Below the pieces are notes generated by a model, which ran no database searches, was not told where the DNA came from, and saw only the letters and a program-made list of their open reading frames with translations. From contig JBGPIA010000004.1 of NCBI GenBank assembly GCA_041484665.1, positions 160,001 to 224,000 on the forward strand: a stretch of DNA of 64,000 nucleotides, in the 5' to 3' direction. The DNA is from Candidatus Krumholzibacteriia bacterium (GTDB lineage Bacteria > Krumholzibacteriota > Krumholzibacteriia > JAJRXK01). Both the position numbers and the translations under genes were made by a program. Position 1 is the first letter of the stretch, and every line of letters begins with the position of its first letter. Positions 1-9,415 of this stretch are shown one piece after another.

Positions 1-708
1 ATGCATGAGCGCCACGACCAGGGGCGGGATCTCCAGGCGGTGGATCAGATTGTCCAGCACGGTCTGTAGGTTTGCGTACCTGAGGTAATCGCCGCCGTCG
101 TGCACCAGCAGCAGCGGATAGCGTCGCGTCCGCCGCAGGCGCGCGGGCAGATAGAGCGTGACCGCGCGGTCCTCGCCCAGTGCGCGGCTGCGCACCACCA
201 GCTCCTCGAGCGTGCCGGGGCGCGACTCGGGGTCCGGCCGCGTCCACTCGGGCGTCTCGTACCCGAGGGTGTGGACGACCGAGTTGGCACCGAAGGGATC
301 ACGTGCGCGCCGCGAGTTCAGCGGATCCTCGATCCACTGGGACTGGCCGTTGGCGAGGACCTCGAGCTTGTACTCCACGCGCGAGTTCTCGGGCAGCTCC
401 AGCACCAGCGCCCACAGGTCCGTGTCAGCGACGCGCTCGAAGGGCTGCGACGAGGGCAGACCGAAGACCCAGTGTCGCAGGTTCACCGCGTCGGCCTGAC
501 CACGGTAGGCGAACGTGCAGCGCGGCCCCTCGACCAACGGAAAACTGTGGCTGCGCAGGAACGCGTCGATCGCCGCGCCGTCGAGCGGGAGGCGCTCCTT
601 CAGCTCATCGATGGCCAGCCGGGGGACGGCGGCCACGGTGCCGGCGAGTCCGGCCCGCTGTCGGTAGATGGCCCACGGCACGTACCCGGGCCCGGCGTCC
701 AACCTCAC
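1..708 (-). CDS. Fes-like (enterochelin esterase family) alpha/beta hydrolase with N-terminal E-set/CBM48-like domain; 3' end runs off the window
   Basis: Not in the ORF track. Manual minus-strand translation gives ...FPLVEGPRCTFAYRG...LWALVLELPENSRVEYKL...IEDPLNSRRARDPFGANSVV...RAVTLYLPA...YPLLLVHDGGDY...VLDNLIHRLEIPPLVVALMH. The GTG at 708 overlaps the upstream stop (GTGA); alternative GTG at 717. Confidence 0.85.
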   Translation of the reverse strand, partial: MRLDAGPGYVPWAIYRQRAGLAGTVAAVPRLAIDELKERLPLDGAAIDAFLRSHSFPLVEGPRCTFAYRGQADAVNLRHWVFGLPSSQPFERVADTDLWALVLELPENSRVEYKLEVLANGQSQWIEDPLNSRRARDPFGANSVVHTLGYETPEWTRPDPESRPGTLEELVVRSRALGEDRAVTLYLPARLRRTRRYPLLLVHDGGDYLRYANLQTVLDNLIHRLEIPPLVVALMH

Positions 709-1811
709 CCAGCGCACGCCGCCTCCATCTGGGCCAGGGCGCCCTGGGGCGTCAGCCGCTGGATCCCGGGTCCGCCCGTCCACTCACCGGCGCGCCACGT
801 CAGGCGCGCGCCGTCCTCCATGGCCACGCAACAGAGCGGCGCGAACCGGCGCGCAAAGCGCGCCACGCGCGCCGGGTCGTCCAGACGCAGCCGGCGCCGC
901 GCGTGCGGCAGGGGCACCACGCCGCGGCACAGTGCCAGGCCGAAGTCGAACACCTCGGCGTTGCCCGGTCCCTGCGGCGGGTTGTCATGGAACAGCACGA
1001 TGCGCTCGCTGATCGCCATGGCGCCGGCGGACCAGGCGAAGACCGGCCGCGCCTGCCCGCCCGAGCGCGCGTGTCCCTGGTCCTGCTCGTCGAGCAGCTC
1101 CGCGACGCCCAACAGGCGCAGTCGGTTGAGCAGCAGCGCAATGTGGCCCCCGGCGATGGCCAGCGCCGCGCAGCCGTCAAGCTGGCGCGCGATCTCCGTC
1201 CGCTCGCTGGCAACCGCGTTGCGCTCGCGCGGGCGCAGGCGCGCATCGAACTCGGCCTGGACCGCCACCACACGCTGCAGATAGGAGTCATCGAGGGCGT
1301 GGAGCGCGTCGAGGGACGCGTCGCGCTCCGGCTCGAGCAGAACCGGATCACCCTTGTGGCGCAGCAGGTCCATCACGGCATCCATGGCGTGCGCGAGCCG
1401 GACGTTGTACAGCTCGCGCAGCTCGCGCAGGCGCTGCTGGCGCTCCCGGTGCGCGGTGGCAAGCTCGCGGTCGCGGGCGAAGATGCGCTCGGCGCGTTCG
1501 TAGAGGCGCAGGTTGATGCCGCGCCCGCCCAGGTGCTCGTGGAGCTCCTGGTCCTCGGCCTCGCGGTCCTGCCAGCCGGCCGTGATCGTGGCGATCGGGC
1601 CGTCGACGCCCAGCGCGTCGACGGCCTGGATCAAGGTCGGCGTGAGGCGCTGCGGACCAAGCAGCACGATGGCGCGTTGCGTCACGACCGCAGCGTCGTG
1701 ACTCGCGCCCCCGTCGTGGTTGGTGCCCAGGTCGCGGCCCGTGCGCTGGCCGCGGTTCTCGCCGTCACCGCCACCGGCGCGCCGCCGCGACCCGCGTGCC
1801 GGCCCGCTCAC
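705..1811 (-). CDS. Peptidase S51 / cyanophycinase-like (class I GATase fold) serine hydrolase
   Basis: IATITAGW, LAIAGGH, nucleophile motif AWSAGAMA and a PLPH His motif. The GTG at 1811 overlaps the upstream stop (GTGA); alternative start 1685. Confidence 0.75.
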   Translation of the reverse strand: MSGPARGSRRRAGGGDGENRGQRTGRDLGTNHDGGASHDAAVVTQRAIVLLGPQRLTPTLIQAVDALGVDGPIATITAGWQDREAEDQELHEHLGGRGINLRLYERAERIFARDRELATAHRERQQRLRELRELYNVRLAHAMDAVMDLLRHKGDPVLLEPERDASLDALHALDDSYLQRVVAVQAEFDARLRPRERNAVASERTEIARQLDGCAALAIAGGHIALLLNRLRLLGVAELLDEQDQGHARSGGQARPVFAWSAGAMAISERIVLFHDNPPQGPGNAEVFDFGLALCRGVVPLPHARRRLRLDDPARVARFARRFAPLCCVAMEDGARLTWRAGEWTGGPGIQRLTPQGALAQMEAACAG

Positions 1812-3031
1812 TGCGCTCGCACCTTCACGGTCCGGCCGGCGGAATCGAGCATTCCGCGCAATGTGTCGTAGTCGGGATGGCGCATGCGGATCCAGGCATT
1901 GGCCATGTACCCCGCCTCGATCGGCTGGGTGGCGGTGCCCGCCGGCGGGAGGTGCGCATCCACGATCCATTCACCGTGGGCGCGCTGGATCGCCTCAAGG
2001 CCCTCGTAGCCCGTGATGCAGCCGTCGCGGTCGGGGCGCAGGGCGATCATGCCCGCCGCGAAGCGCCGCGTAGGACGCTGGCTCGGCCGGCCGTGCGCGA
2101 TGCACATCGCCCATTCCCGGTAGAGGTCCATCTCGTTGGCCGCACAGTATAGGTCCCAGGCGCGCACACCTGGCGGCCGGCAGCCGATCTCGCTGAACTT
2201 CAGCCCCTTGGGCCCGTAGAACCACTCCATGTGCGTGGCCGAGGTCCCGATGCCCAGCGCGTGGATGACCCGCCGGCCCAGCTCCTTCACCTCGGCGTAG
2301 GCCGGGGCGGTGTCGATGCGGTTGGTGGTGATGAACTGCGGCGAGATCCAGCGCGTGCGCATCGCCTCGAGCACGTTGGGGTAGTAATGCGTGGCGAACT
2401 CGTGCACGACCTCGCCGTCGATCGCCAGCGTGTCGTAGAACGCCTCGTGCCCCTCGATGAACTCCTCGACGGCCACCGAGCGGCCGTGGTCGACGCCGGC
2501 CAGGTGGATCACCTCGCGCAGGTCGTTGTCGTTCTCCACGCGATACGTGCCCGAGGCCCCGGCGGCATCGCGCGGCTTGACGATGAGCGGGTAGCCCACC
2601 TGGCGGGCGAAGGACCAGACGAGGTCGGCGCGGTCGGCGCCCGTGGACTGCGCGCACGGGATGCCCGCCTCCCGCAACACCTGCTTCATGGCAGGCTTGT
2701 CGCGGCAGAGGAATGCCGTACGCACGCTGGTGCCCGCGATGCCGCACGCCTCGCGCACGCGGGCGATGGGCATGATGTGGGCTTCGACGCTGGCCTCGAG
2801 GCGGTCAACCGGCGTGCGCTCCTGGATCCAGCGGACCTTCTCGGTCATCGCGCCCTCGTCCACGACCGAGCCCACCCGCTCGTAATGGACCATCCAGCGC
2901 CTCAGGTCGTCGCCGAGTGCCTCCGGCGGCCGCTCGCCGATGCCGGTGACCCGGACGCCGGCCTCGAACAGGCCGCGCACGAACTCCCGCTGGTTGGCGG
3001 GGAAGACGGGCTCGACGAAGACGACGTGCAT
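1808..3031 (-). CDS. ATP-grasp domain ligase (paralog 1)
   Basis: CRDKPAMK, GYPLIVKPRDAAGASGT, VEEFIEG, THMEWF, EIGCRPPG. Start trimmed to the ATG at 3031 (MHVVFVEP). Confidence 0.9.
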   Translation of the reverse strand: MHVVFVEPVFPANQREFVRGLFEAGVRVTGIGERPPEALGDDLRRWMVHYERVGSVVDEGAMTEKVRWIQERTPVDRLEASVEAHIMPIARVREACGIAGTSVRTAFLCRDKPAMKQVLREAGIPCAQSTGADRADLVWSFARQVGYPLIVKPRDAAGASGTYRVENDNDLREVIHLAGVDHGRSVAVEEFIEGHEAFYDTLAIDGEVVHEFATHYYPNVLEAMRTRWISPQFITTNRIDTAPAYAEVKELGRRVIHALGIGTSATHMEWFYGPKGLKFSEIGCRPPGVRAWDLYCAANEMDLYREWAMCIAHGRPSQRPTRRFAAGMIALRPDRDGCITGYEGLEAIQRAHGEWIVDAHLPPAGTATQPIEAGYMANAWIRMRHPDYDTLRGMLDSAGRTVKVRAQ

Positions 3032-3166
3032 GGCGCATCTCTCGGTTGAAGGGCCGGCCACGCCTTGGTGGACCGCCGCAAGCCTGAGTCTAGCGCCCAG
3101 GACACGCCAGGCAAAGCGCAGCCGGTCCAGCCGCGGAAAGCGCCGCGGCGGAGTGCCTGTTCGAGC

Positions 3167-3195
3167 TCGACATATTGATGTCATATTGATATGCT
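3167..3195 (+). promoter_or_regulatory. vapBC promoter with overlapping operator repeats
   Basis: TCGACA(3167)-N17-TATGCT(3190), 7 nt before the ATG at 3203. CATATTGAT occurs twice (3171, 3182), and CATAT-TG-ATATG (3182-3193) is palindromic. Confidence 0.65.
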
Positions 3196-3202
3196 TCAGT
3201 GC

Positions 3203-3454
3203 ATGCGCACGACGATCCGGATGGACGACGCCCTTTACGCGCGGGTGAAGGAGCTGGCCGCGCGCACCGGCCGCACGGTCACCTCGGTCATCGAGGACGC
3301 CCTTCGCGAATCGCTCGCCCGTCGGACGGTTGCGCGCCAGCGAGAGCGGATCGAGCTGCCCACCTTCACGGGCAGCGGCGTGCAGCCGGGCGTGGACCTG
3401 GACAGCTACGCCTCCCTCCTGGATCTGATGGAGGGCAGCGGTGGTCCTCGTTGA
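3203..3454 (+). CDS. vapB: Ribbon-helix-helix (CopG-like) antitoxin VapB
   Basis: MRTTIRMDDALYARVKELAARTGRTVTSVIEDALRESL; overlaps the PIN toxin gene. Confidence 0.88.
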   Translation: MRTTIRMDDALYARVKELAARTGRTVTSVIEDALRESLARRTVARQRERIELPTFTGSGVQPGVDLDSYASLLDLMEGSGGPR

Positions 3455-3869
3455 CGCCAACGTGCTGGTCTACGCCCATCGCGGCGAGTGCGCCCGCCAC
3501 GCCGAGTTCCGCGGCTGGCTGGAGAACCTCATCAATGGCGCCGAGGCGTTCGGGATCGCGCCCGATCTGCTCGCCAGCTTCGTGCGGATCGTGACCCATC
3601 CGCGGATCTTCAGCCCACCGACACCCCTGGACTCGGCGCTGGCGTTCTGTGCTGCAGTCCTGCGCTCGGACTCCTGCGTGGTCGTCCGGCCCGGCGCGCG
3701 TCACTGGCAGATCTTCACGGACCTGTGCCGGTCCGCCGATGTGAAAGGCAACCTGGTCGCCGATGCCTACCTCGCCGCCCTGGCTGTCGAGTCGGGCAGC
3801 GATCTGGTCACGACCGATCGCGATCTCAGCCGTTTTCCCGGCCTGCGCTGGCACCCTCCGCTGCGGTGA
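3441..3869 (+). CDS. vapC: PIN-domain toxin VapC
   Basis: LVDANVLVYA...GNLVADAYLAALAVE...TTDRDLSRFPGL, with the PIN acidic residues. Confidence 0.92.
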   Translation: MVLVDANVLVYAHRGECARHAEFRGWLENLINGAEAFGIAPDLLASFVRIVTHPRIFSPPTPLDSALAFCAAVLRSDSCVVVRPGARHWQIFTDLCRSADVKGNLVADAYLAALAVESGSDLVTTDRDLSRFPGLRWHPPLR

Positions 3870-3931
3870 GCCGCGGCGGTCCCGTCCGGGTGCCTCGCAC
3901 GCGTTCGCCGGCGAAGCGCGGCTGCCCCCGC

Positions 3932-5635
3932 TCAGCGCAAGCCGGCCAGACTCCGGTACAACTCGACATACGCCTGCGCGCGCCGCTGCCACGAGAAGTC
4001 CTGCGCCATGCCGTTGAGCATCAGCGTGCGCCAGGCCCCCTGGCCGGCCGCGGCGTGCGGCATGCCGCCGGGCAGGACGCGGGGGGCGGCGGCGTGGGCG
4101 GCGTCCCCTGCGTCAGGCGGCTGCGCGCCGGTGGCGGCGGCCGCAGCGCCGGACGAGTCGGCGTAGAGGTCCAGTGCCGCCTCCAGCGCCCAGCGCGCCG
4201 CCTTTGGAGTGTAGTGTTCGAAGACGACGCCCGTTCCCCGCCCGCTCTCTGGATCCCACAGCGTCACCGTGTCGGCCAACCCCCCGGTCCGGCGCACGAT
4301 CGGCACGGTGCCGTACATCTGGCTGTACATCTGATTGAGACCACACGGCTCGTACTGGCTGGGCATCAGGAACATGTCGGCGCCGGCCTCGATCCAGTGC
4401 GCCAGCTCGTCGTGGAAACCCCGGTAGAAGCTGAGCTTCTTCGGAAAGCTGCGCTGCAGCGCGCTGAAGAACTCCTCGTAGCGCACCTCGCCGCTGCCCA
4501 GCACCGCCACGCGCAGATCGCGCTCCGCGAGCACTCCGGGTAGCACGTCGTGCAGCAGGTCGAAGCCCTTCTGCCCCGCCAGGCGCGAAACGATACCCAG
4601 GAGCGGCACGCCCTTCACGTAGCGCAGGCCGAGCCGGTTGAGCAGCAGCTCCTTGTTCTTCTCCTTGCGCCACAGGCTCTTCTCGCTGAAGCGGAACGGG
4701 ATGAGCTTGTCGGTGCGCGGGTTCCACTCCCGGGTGTCCACTCCGTTGAGGATGCCGACGAGGGCATCGCGCCGACTCTGCAGCAGCTCGTGCAGGCCGT
4801 ACCCGTAGGCCGGCGTCTGGATCTCCCGCGCGTAGGTCGGGCTGACGGTCGTCAGGGCGTCGGCGTGCAGCAGACCCGTCTTGAGGAAGTTGATCTTGTG
4901 CGCGTTGAGGTCCGCACCGTCGAGCACACGCTCGGCCCATTGGTAGAGCCCCGTGTCGGGCAGGATCGACGCCGCGAACGTGCCCTGATAGCCGAGATTG
5001 TGCAGTGTCAGCACCGTGCGCGCCTGGCTGAACAGCGTGTCCCAGGCGTACAGCGTCTTCAGGTAGACCGGCAGCAGCGCCGTCTGCCAGTCGTTGCAGT
5101 GGACGACGTGCGGCGCGAAGCGCATGCGCTGGCAGCTCTGCAGCGCGGCGTGGCACAGCAGCAAGAAACGCAGGTGCTCGTCCTGGTCGTTCGTATAGAT
5201 GCCTGGACGGGCGTACAAGTGCGGACAGCGGACGAAAAAAACGGTCGGAGCGGGTGCGCGCTCGGCCGCTGCCTCGATCGCGCCAGCGGCGGGGCTGCCG
5301 GCCTCGCTCGCCGCGGCGGCCGCGGCCGATCGCAGTGGGCGCCGGCTGGCTGGCAGCGGCATCATGAACAGCGAGAAGACGAGCGTCCTGCCGCCGAGCT
5401 GGACCGGGACGTCCTGGACGTTGTCCACCGGCTGCAGCAGCATCTGGCCGGCAGCGGCGCGCCCGGGCTTTCCCCATTCGTTCTCGATGCGGGCGTAGAG
5501 CGGCAGGAAGATCCGGACGTCGTGCCCCAGCGCGTGGAGCGCCCGCGGCAACGCAGCGGCAACGTCTCCCAGCCCGCCGGTTTTGGCGAAGGGGGCGACC
5601 TCGGAGGCCACGAAGCAGATGCGCAGGGGATCCAT
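3932..5635 (-). CDS. glgA: Glycogen synthase (GT5)
   Basis: SEVAPFAKTGGLGDV, HCNDWQT, TLHNLGYQG, MPSQYEPCGLNQMY, RRTGGLADTV. Confidence 0.96.
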   Translation of the reverse strand: MDPLRICFVASEVAPFAKTGGLGDVAAALPRALHALGHDVRIFLPLYARIENEWGKPGRAAAGQMLLQPVDNVQDVPVQLGGRTLVFSLFMMPLPASRRPLRSAAAAAASEAGSPAAGAIEAAAERAPAPTVFFVRCPHLYARPGIYTNDQDEHLRFLLLCHAALQSCQRMRFAPHVVHCNDWQTALLPVYLKTLYAWDTLFSQARTVLTLHNLGYQGTFAASILPDTGLYQWAERVLDGADLNAHKINFLKTGLLHADALTTVSPTYAREIQTPAYGYGLHELLQSRRDALVGILNGVDTREWNPRTDKLIPFRFSEKSLWRKEKNKELLLNRLGLRYVKGVPLLGIVSRLAGQKGFDLLHDVLPGVLAERDLRVAVLGSGEVRYEEFFSALQRSFPKKLSFYRGFHDELAHWIEAGADMFLMPSQYEPCGLNQMYSQMYGTVPIVRRTGGLADTVTLWDPESGRGTGVVFEHYTPKAARWALEAALDLYADSSGAAAAATGAQPPDAGDAAHAAAPRVLPGGMPHAAAGQGAWRTLMLNGMAQDFSWQRRAQAYVELYRSLAGLR

Positions 5636-5703
5636 GCGTCGATCGACGGTCCACGCCGGCGCGGCAGCCGTGCCGCGAGCTCGACGATCGTACCATTGCC
5701 CCG

Positions 5704-8700
5704 CTACGCGTGCACCTGCTCGCGGTAGGCGGCGAGCACCGGACGCAACCGGTCCAGCTCGCCCTGGAGAGTGAGCAGCGCTGCGGGCGCCTCCTCCAAC
5801 TGCCCTTGCCGACCCATCGTCTCCAGCCGCCGCGCCGCCTCGGTTGCCGCCCGCGCGGCGAAGTTGCTGACCGCACCCTTCAGCTGGTGGGCCGCCGCGT
5901 GGAGCGCGATCGGGTCGCCGCGCTCGACCGCGGTCCGCACCGCCGACAGACGCTCGTCGACGCCGTCGAGGAAGGCCGTCGCCAACTCGGCCAGCAGCGC
6001 GCGATCGCCGTCTAGGCGAGCGAGTAACTCCGCGGCGTCGACCGCCGGTGGCGCGACGGCCGTTGCTTCGGCGTTCGTGGCAGTGGCGTTCTCGTCCATG
6101 GCGTTCGTCCCTTCGGGGTGGGTTGCCGCGGTGTCTGTCGCGTCGGCGGTCGTTGTGGTGACGCTGGCTGCCGTGGCGCTGATTGCTGCGTGGTTTGTTG
6201 GCGCGGCGTGCTGGGACGACGCAAGCACTTCATCGATCACCGCGAAGAGCGCCCGCGAGCGGACCGGCTTGGCGATGTACGAGTCCATGCCGGCGTCCAG
6301 GCACGCCTCGCGATCGCCGTGCATCGCGTTCGCCGTCAGAGCAATGATCGGAAGGTGGCCCCCCGTGGCAGCCTCGCGCTCGCGGATCCGGCGGGCTGCC
6401 TCGGTGCCGCTCATGACGGGCATCTGCATATCCATCAGGACGACGTCGTAGGTCGCGCGCTCGAGCGCCTCGAGAGCGCGCTGGCCGTTCTCGACGACCT
6501 CCACCCGGTGGCCCGCTTTCTCCAGCAGACGCGCCGCCACCACCTGGTTGACCGGATTGTCCTCGGCCAGCAGGACGCGCAGCGGCTCCCGTGCGCTGCC
6601 CCGCTCGGGCGCGGGAGCGGCCCGCTCGTCGGGCCAGCGCTGCGGCTGTTCGAGGGCCTGCAGCACGGCATCGAGCAGGTTCGATGCACGGTAGGGCTTC
6701 GGCAGCCACGACACCCCCAGCTCGCGCGTCTGACGAGCGGCGCGCATGTCGCCCGCGGGGATCAGCAGCAGGAAGTTGTCCGGCGGCAACGCACACTGTT
6801 CTGCGATGGCACGGGTCGCCGCCAGGCCCTCCCGCCCGGGGAGATTCACGTCGACGAGCACCAGTCCGAATGGGCGATCCTCCCGCCGTGCCAGCTCGAT
6901 CGCGGCGCACCCCGCGGCGGCGTCGGCCACGAACGTCGCGTCGATCCGCCAGCCACCCATGAGCTCCTGCAGCACGGCGCAGTGCGACGGATGGTCCTCC
7001 ACCACCAGGATGGGCGTTCCGGCGAGGGCGGCCTGCGAGCGCGACGCATCCAGCGTCGCGGATTCGCCGGGCGTGGGTTCCTCCTGAGCAGGGGCAGGGG
7101 CGGCCGGTCCGAAGCGCGCGGTGAAGTGGAACGTGCTGCCCCTGCCCAGCTCGCTCTCGACCCAGATCGCCCCACCCATCAGCTGCGTGAGACGCCGCGA
7201 GATGGCCAGGCCCAATCCGCTACCGCCGTAGCGGCGCGTGATCGAGGCGTCCCCCTGGGAAAAGACCTCGAAAACGCGGTCGCGCAGCTCGGCGGCGATT
7301 CCGATCCCAGTATCGCGCACGGAGAAGCGAAGGGTTGTCGCCCCGCTCGCCTCCTCGCCCCCCGCAGCAGCGTCCCGTGGGCCGCGCCCCGCTGGATCGG
7401 CATCCGGATCGGAACCCCCCTTTAGACCGGGCGTGGATTGCGCCGGCGGCTCGAGCCGTGTGTCGACGAACACCTCGCCCTGCTCGGTGAACTTGATGGC
7501 GTTGCCGATCAGGTTCACCAGGATCTGGCGCAGGCGCCCGGGATCGCCCACCACCCTGGCGGGCACGTCGGACCGCACGCGCGCCCCGATCTCCAGCCCC
7601 TTGCCGTGCGCCCGCACGCCCAGGATGCGCAGGGACTCCGCTACGGTCTCGCGCACGTCGAACTCCACCGCCTCCAGCTCCAGCCGGCCCGCCTCCACCT
7701 TGGAGATGTCGAGGATGTCGTTGATGAGCGTGAGCAGCCCGTCGGCCGAAGACTCCACCAGCTGGAGGTACTCGCGCTGCTCGTCGCTGAGAGCCGTGCC
7801 CAGCACGAGCTCGGTCATGCCCACGATGCCGTTCATCGGGGTGCGGATCTCGTGGCTCATATTGGCCAGGAACTCGGACTTTGCCCGGGCGGCGGCCTCG
7901 GCCTTCTCCTTGGCGGTACTGAGGTTGGAGTTGAGGGCGCGCAGCTCGCCCGTGCGTTGCGCCACCTGCTCCTCGAGGCTCGCCCGGTGGCGCTGGAGCT
8001 CCCTGTCACGCGCCTGGACGATGGCGAGCATCTCGTTGAACCCTGCCACCAGCAGGCCCAACTCGTCGCGGCTCTCACCCCGCACGCGCACCGAGTAGTC
8101 CTTCTTCGTCGACACGCGCTTCATGGTCTGCGACAGGCTGACCAGCGGGCCAGTGATCCGGGAGACCAGGCGCCGTGCGCCCACGAAGGCAGAGACGGAA
8201 AGCACCAACAGGAGCGCCAGGGACATCGACGCAACACGGCGGACCCACGCCGTCTCGTCACTGAGATTGCTGCGGATGAACACCGTTCCGATGGGCTCGC
8301 CCTGGAAAACGACGGTGCGGAAGACCTCGATGCGCCCGAGCACACGCCGGTGGCCGTTGGGCTGAGGCGGCGGGGGCGCCCAGGCAGCCTCGCCGGCCGT
8401 TCGCACGTAGGTTCCCAGCGGGGACGTGTCGATCCGGTAGACGCAGGCCGCGTCCACGCTCTCCTTCACCTGCAGGGCGGAGAGCGTCTCGATTGCCGCC
8501 CTGCGGTCGTCGAATTCGAGGGCGGCGGCGCAGTTGCGCCCGATCACGTCGGCCAGCGTGGTCAGGTCCCGCACGAGCGTGCGGTGCAGCATGACCCGCT
8601 CGCTGGCGACGAAGGCCGTGAACGCCAGCAGCAGGACGGCGCTACTGATCCCAGCGGTCAGGAACGTGAGCTTGTGGGTGATCGATGACTCGCGTAGCCC

Positions 8701-8706
8701 GCGCAT
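5704..8706 (-). CDS. Hybrid sensor histidine kinase (periplasmic sensor-HAMP-HisKA-HATPase-REC-REC-Hpt)
   Basis: Two TM segments, HAMP ([14 protein letters not shown]), [31 protein letters not shown], two receiver domains, Hpt AHQLKG. Alternative start 8721. Confidence 0.93.
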   Translation of the reverse strand: MRGLRESSITHKLTFLTAGISSAVLLLAFTAFVASERVMLHRTLVRDLTTLADVIGRNCAAALEFDDRRAAIETLSALQVKESVDAACVYRIDTSPLGTYVRTAGEAAWAPPPPQPNGHRRVLGRIEVFRTVVFQGEPIGTVFIRSNLSDETAWVRRVASMSLALLLVLSVSAFVGARRLVSRITGPLVSLSQTMKRVSTKKDYSVRVRGESRDELGLLVAGFNEMLAIVQARDRELQRHRASLEEQVAQRTGELRALNSNLSTAKEKAEAAARAKSEFLANMSHEIRTPMNGIVGMTELVLGTALSDEQREYLQLVESSADGLLTLINDILDISKVEAGRLELEAVEFDVRETVAESLRILGVRAHGKGLEIGARVRSDVPARVVGDPGRLRQILVNLIGNAIKFTEQGEVFVDTRLEPPAQSTPGLKGGSDPDADPAGRGPRDAAAGGEEASGATTLRFSVRDTGIGIAAELRDRVFEVFSQGDASITRRYGGSGLGLAISRRLTQLMGGAIWVESELGRGSTFHFTARFGPAAPAPAQEEPTPGESATLDASRSQAALAGTPILVVEDHPSHCAVLQELMGGWRIDATFVADAAAGCAAIELARREDRPFGLVLVDVNLPGREGLAATRAIAEQCALPPDNFLLLIPAGDMRAARQTRELGVSWLPKPYRASNLLDAVLQALEQPQRWPDERAAPAPERGSAREPLRVLLAEDNPVNQVVAARLLEKAGHRVEVVENGQRALEALERATYDVVLMDMQMPVMSGTEAARRIREREAATGGHLPIIALTANAMHGDREACLDAGMDSYIAKPVRSRALFAVIDEVLASSQHAAPTNHAAISATAASVTTTTADATDTAATHPEGTNAMDENATATNAEATAVAPPAVDAAELLARLDGDRALLAELATAFLDGVDERLSAVRTAVERGDPIALHAAAHQLKGAVSNFAARAATEAARRLETMGRQGQLEEAPAALLTLQGELDRLRPVLAAYREQVHA

Positions 8707-8707
8707 C

Positions 8708-9415
8708 TCAGTCCTGTCCAAGCGCTTCCCGGCCCCGCCGCACGCGGGCCAGGCGCAAGAGCTGGGAGCTGATTCCCAGCTTCGCGCGTTCGGCGTTCTC
8801 CACGTCGATCTCGAAGCGGAGCTTGTTGTCCTGGAAGAAGAAGCCGAGCACCCCCCCCGATTCCGTGAACTCCTCGGCCTCGCCCACGGTCAGCACGGGG
8901 AGCCCGGCGAGCCCCGCGAGCAGGGGTTTCATCCAGTCCTGAGGCGCGCCGCCGATGAAGAGGACGTCGCACGGCTGCGTGACCTGGGGGCCGGCAAAGC
9001 GTTGGACGTGCAGCGTCCGCCCATTGCTCTGTTTGCCCTCGATCGACGCGAGCGTTGCGTAGAGGGAATCGTCGGCCACCACGCCGATGGTGATGGCGCG
9101 CGAGCTGTCGCCGGCCGCCCCGGCAGGCCATTCCACGAACCTCGTGAAGTTGAACAGGTACGCCGCCATCAGCTGGGATTTCGAGGTGACCCTCGCCGTG
9201 GCCGGCGGCGCGGGCTCCGCGGACGCGCACGGCGCGAGCCCTGCCAACGCGGCCAGCAGCAGCACCACCTCGCCCACCACCGTCGCCGCCGCCTTGAGGG
9301 GCATCCCGCGCAAGGGCGCAGCGTGGCCCAGCATGACCGAGGGCGAGAGCGGCGCCGGCCGTGGTGGGCGAGCCGGGCATCCCGGCGGCTGGGCGCTGAT
9401 GCGGCGTGCGCTCAT
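8708..9415 (-). CDS. YfiR-family (DUF4154) periplasmic protein
   Basis: [51 protein letters not shown]. The true start may lie downstream. Confidence 0.88.
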   Translation of the reverse strand: MSARRISAQPPGCPARPPRPAPLSPSVMLGHAAPLRGMPLKAAATVVGEVVLLLAALAGLAPCASAEPAPPATARVTSKSQLMAAYLFNFTRFVEWPAGAAGDSSRAITIGVVADDSLYATLASIEGKQSNGRTLHVQRFAGPQVTQPCDVLFIGGAPQDWMKPLLAGLAGLPVLTVGEAEEFTESGGVLGFFFQDNKLRFEIDVENAERAKLGISSQLLRLARVRRGREALGQD

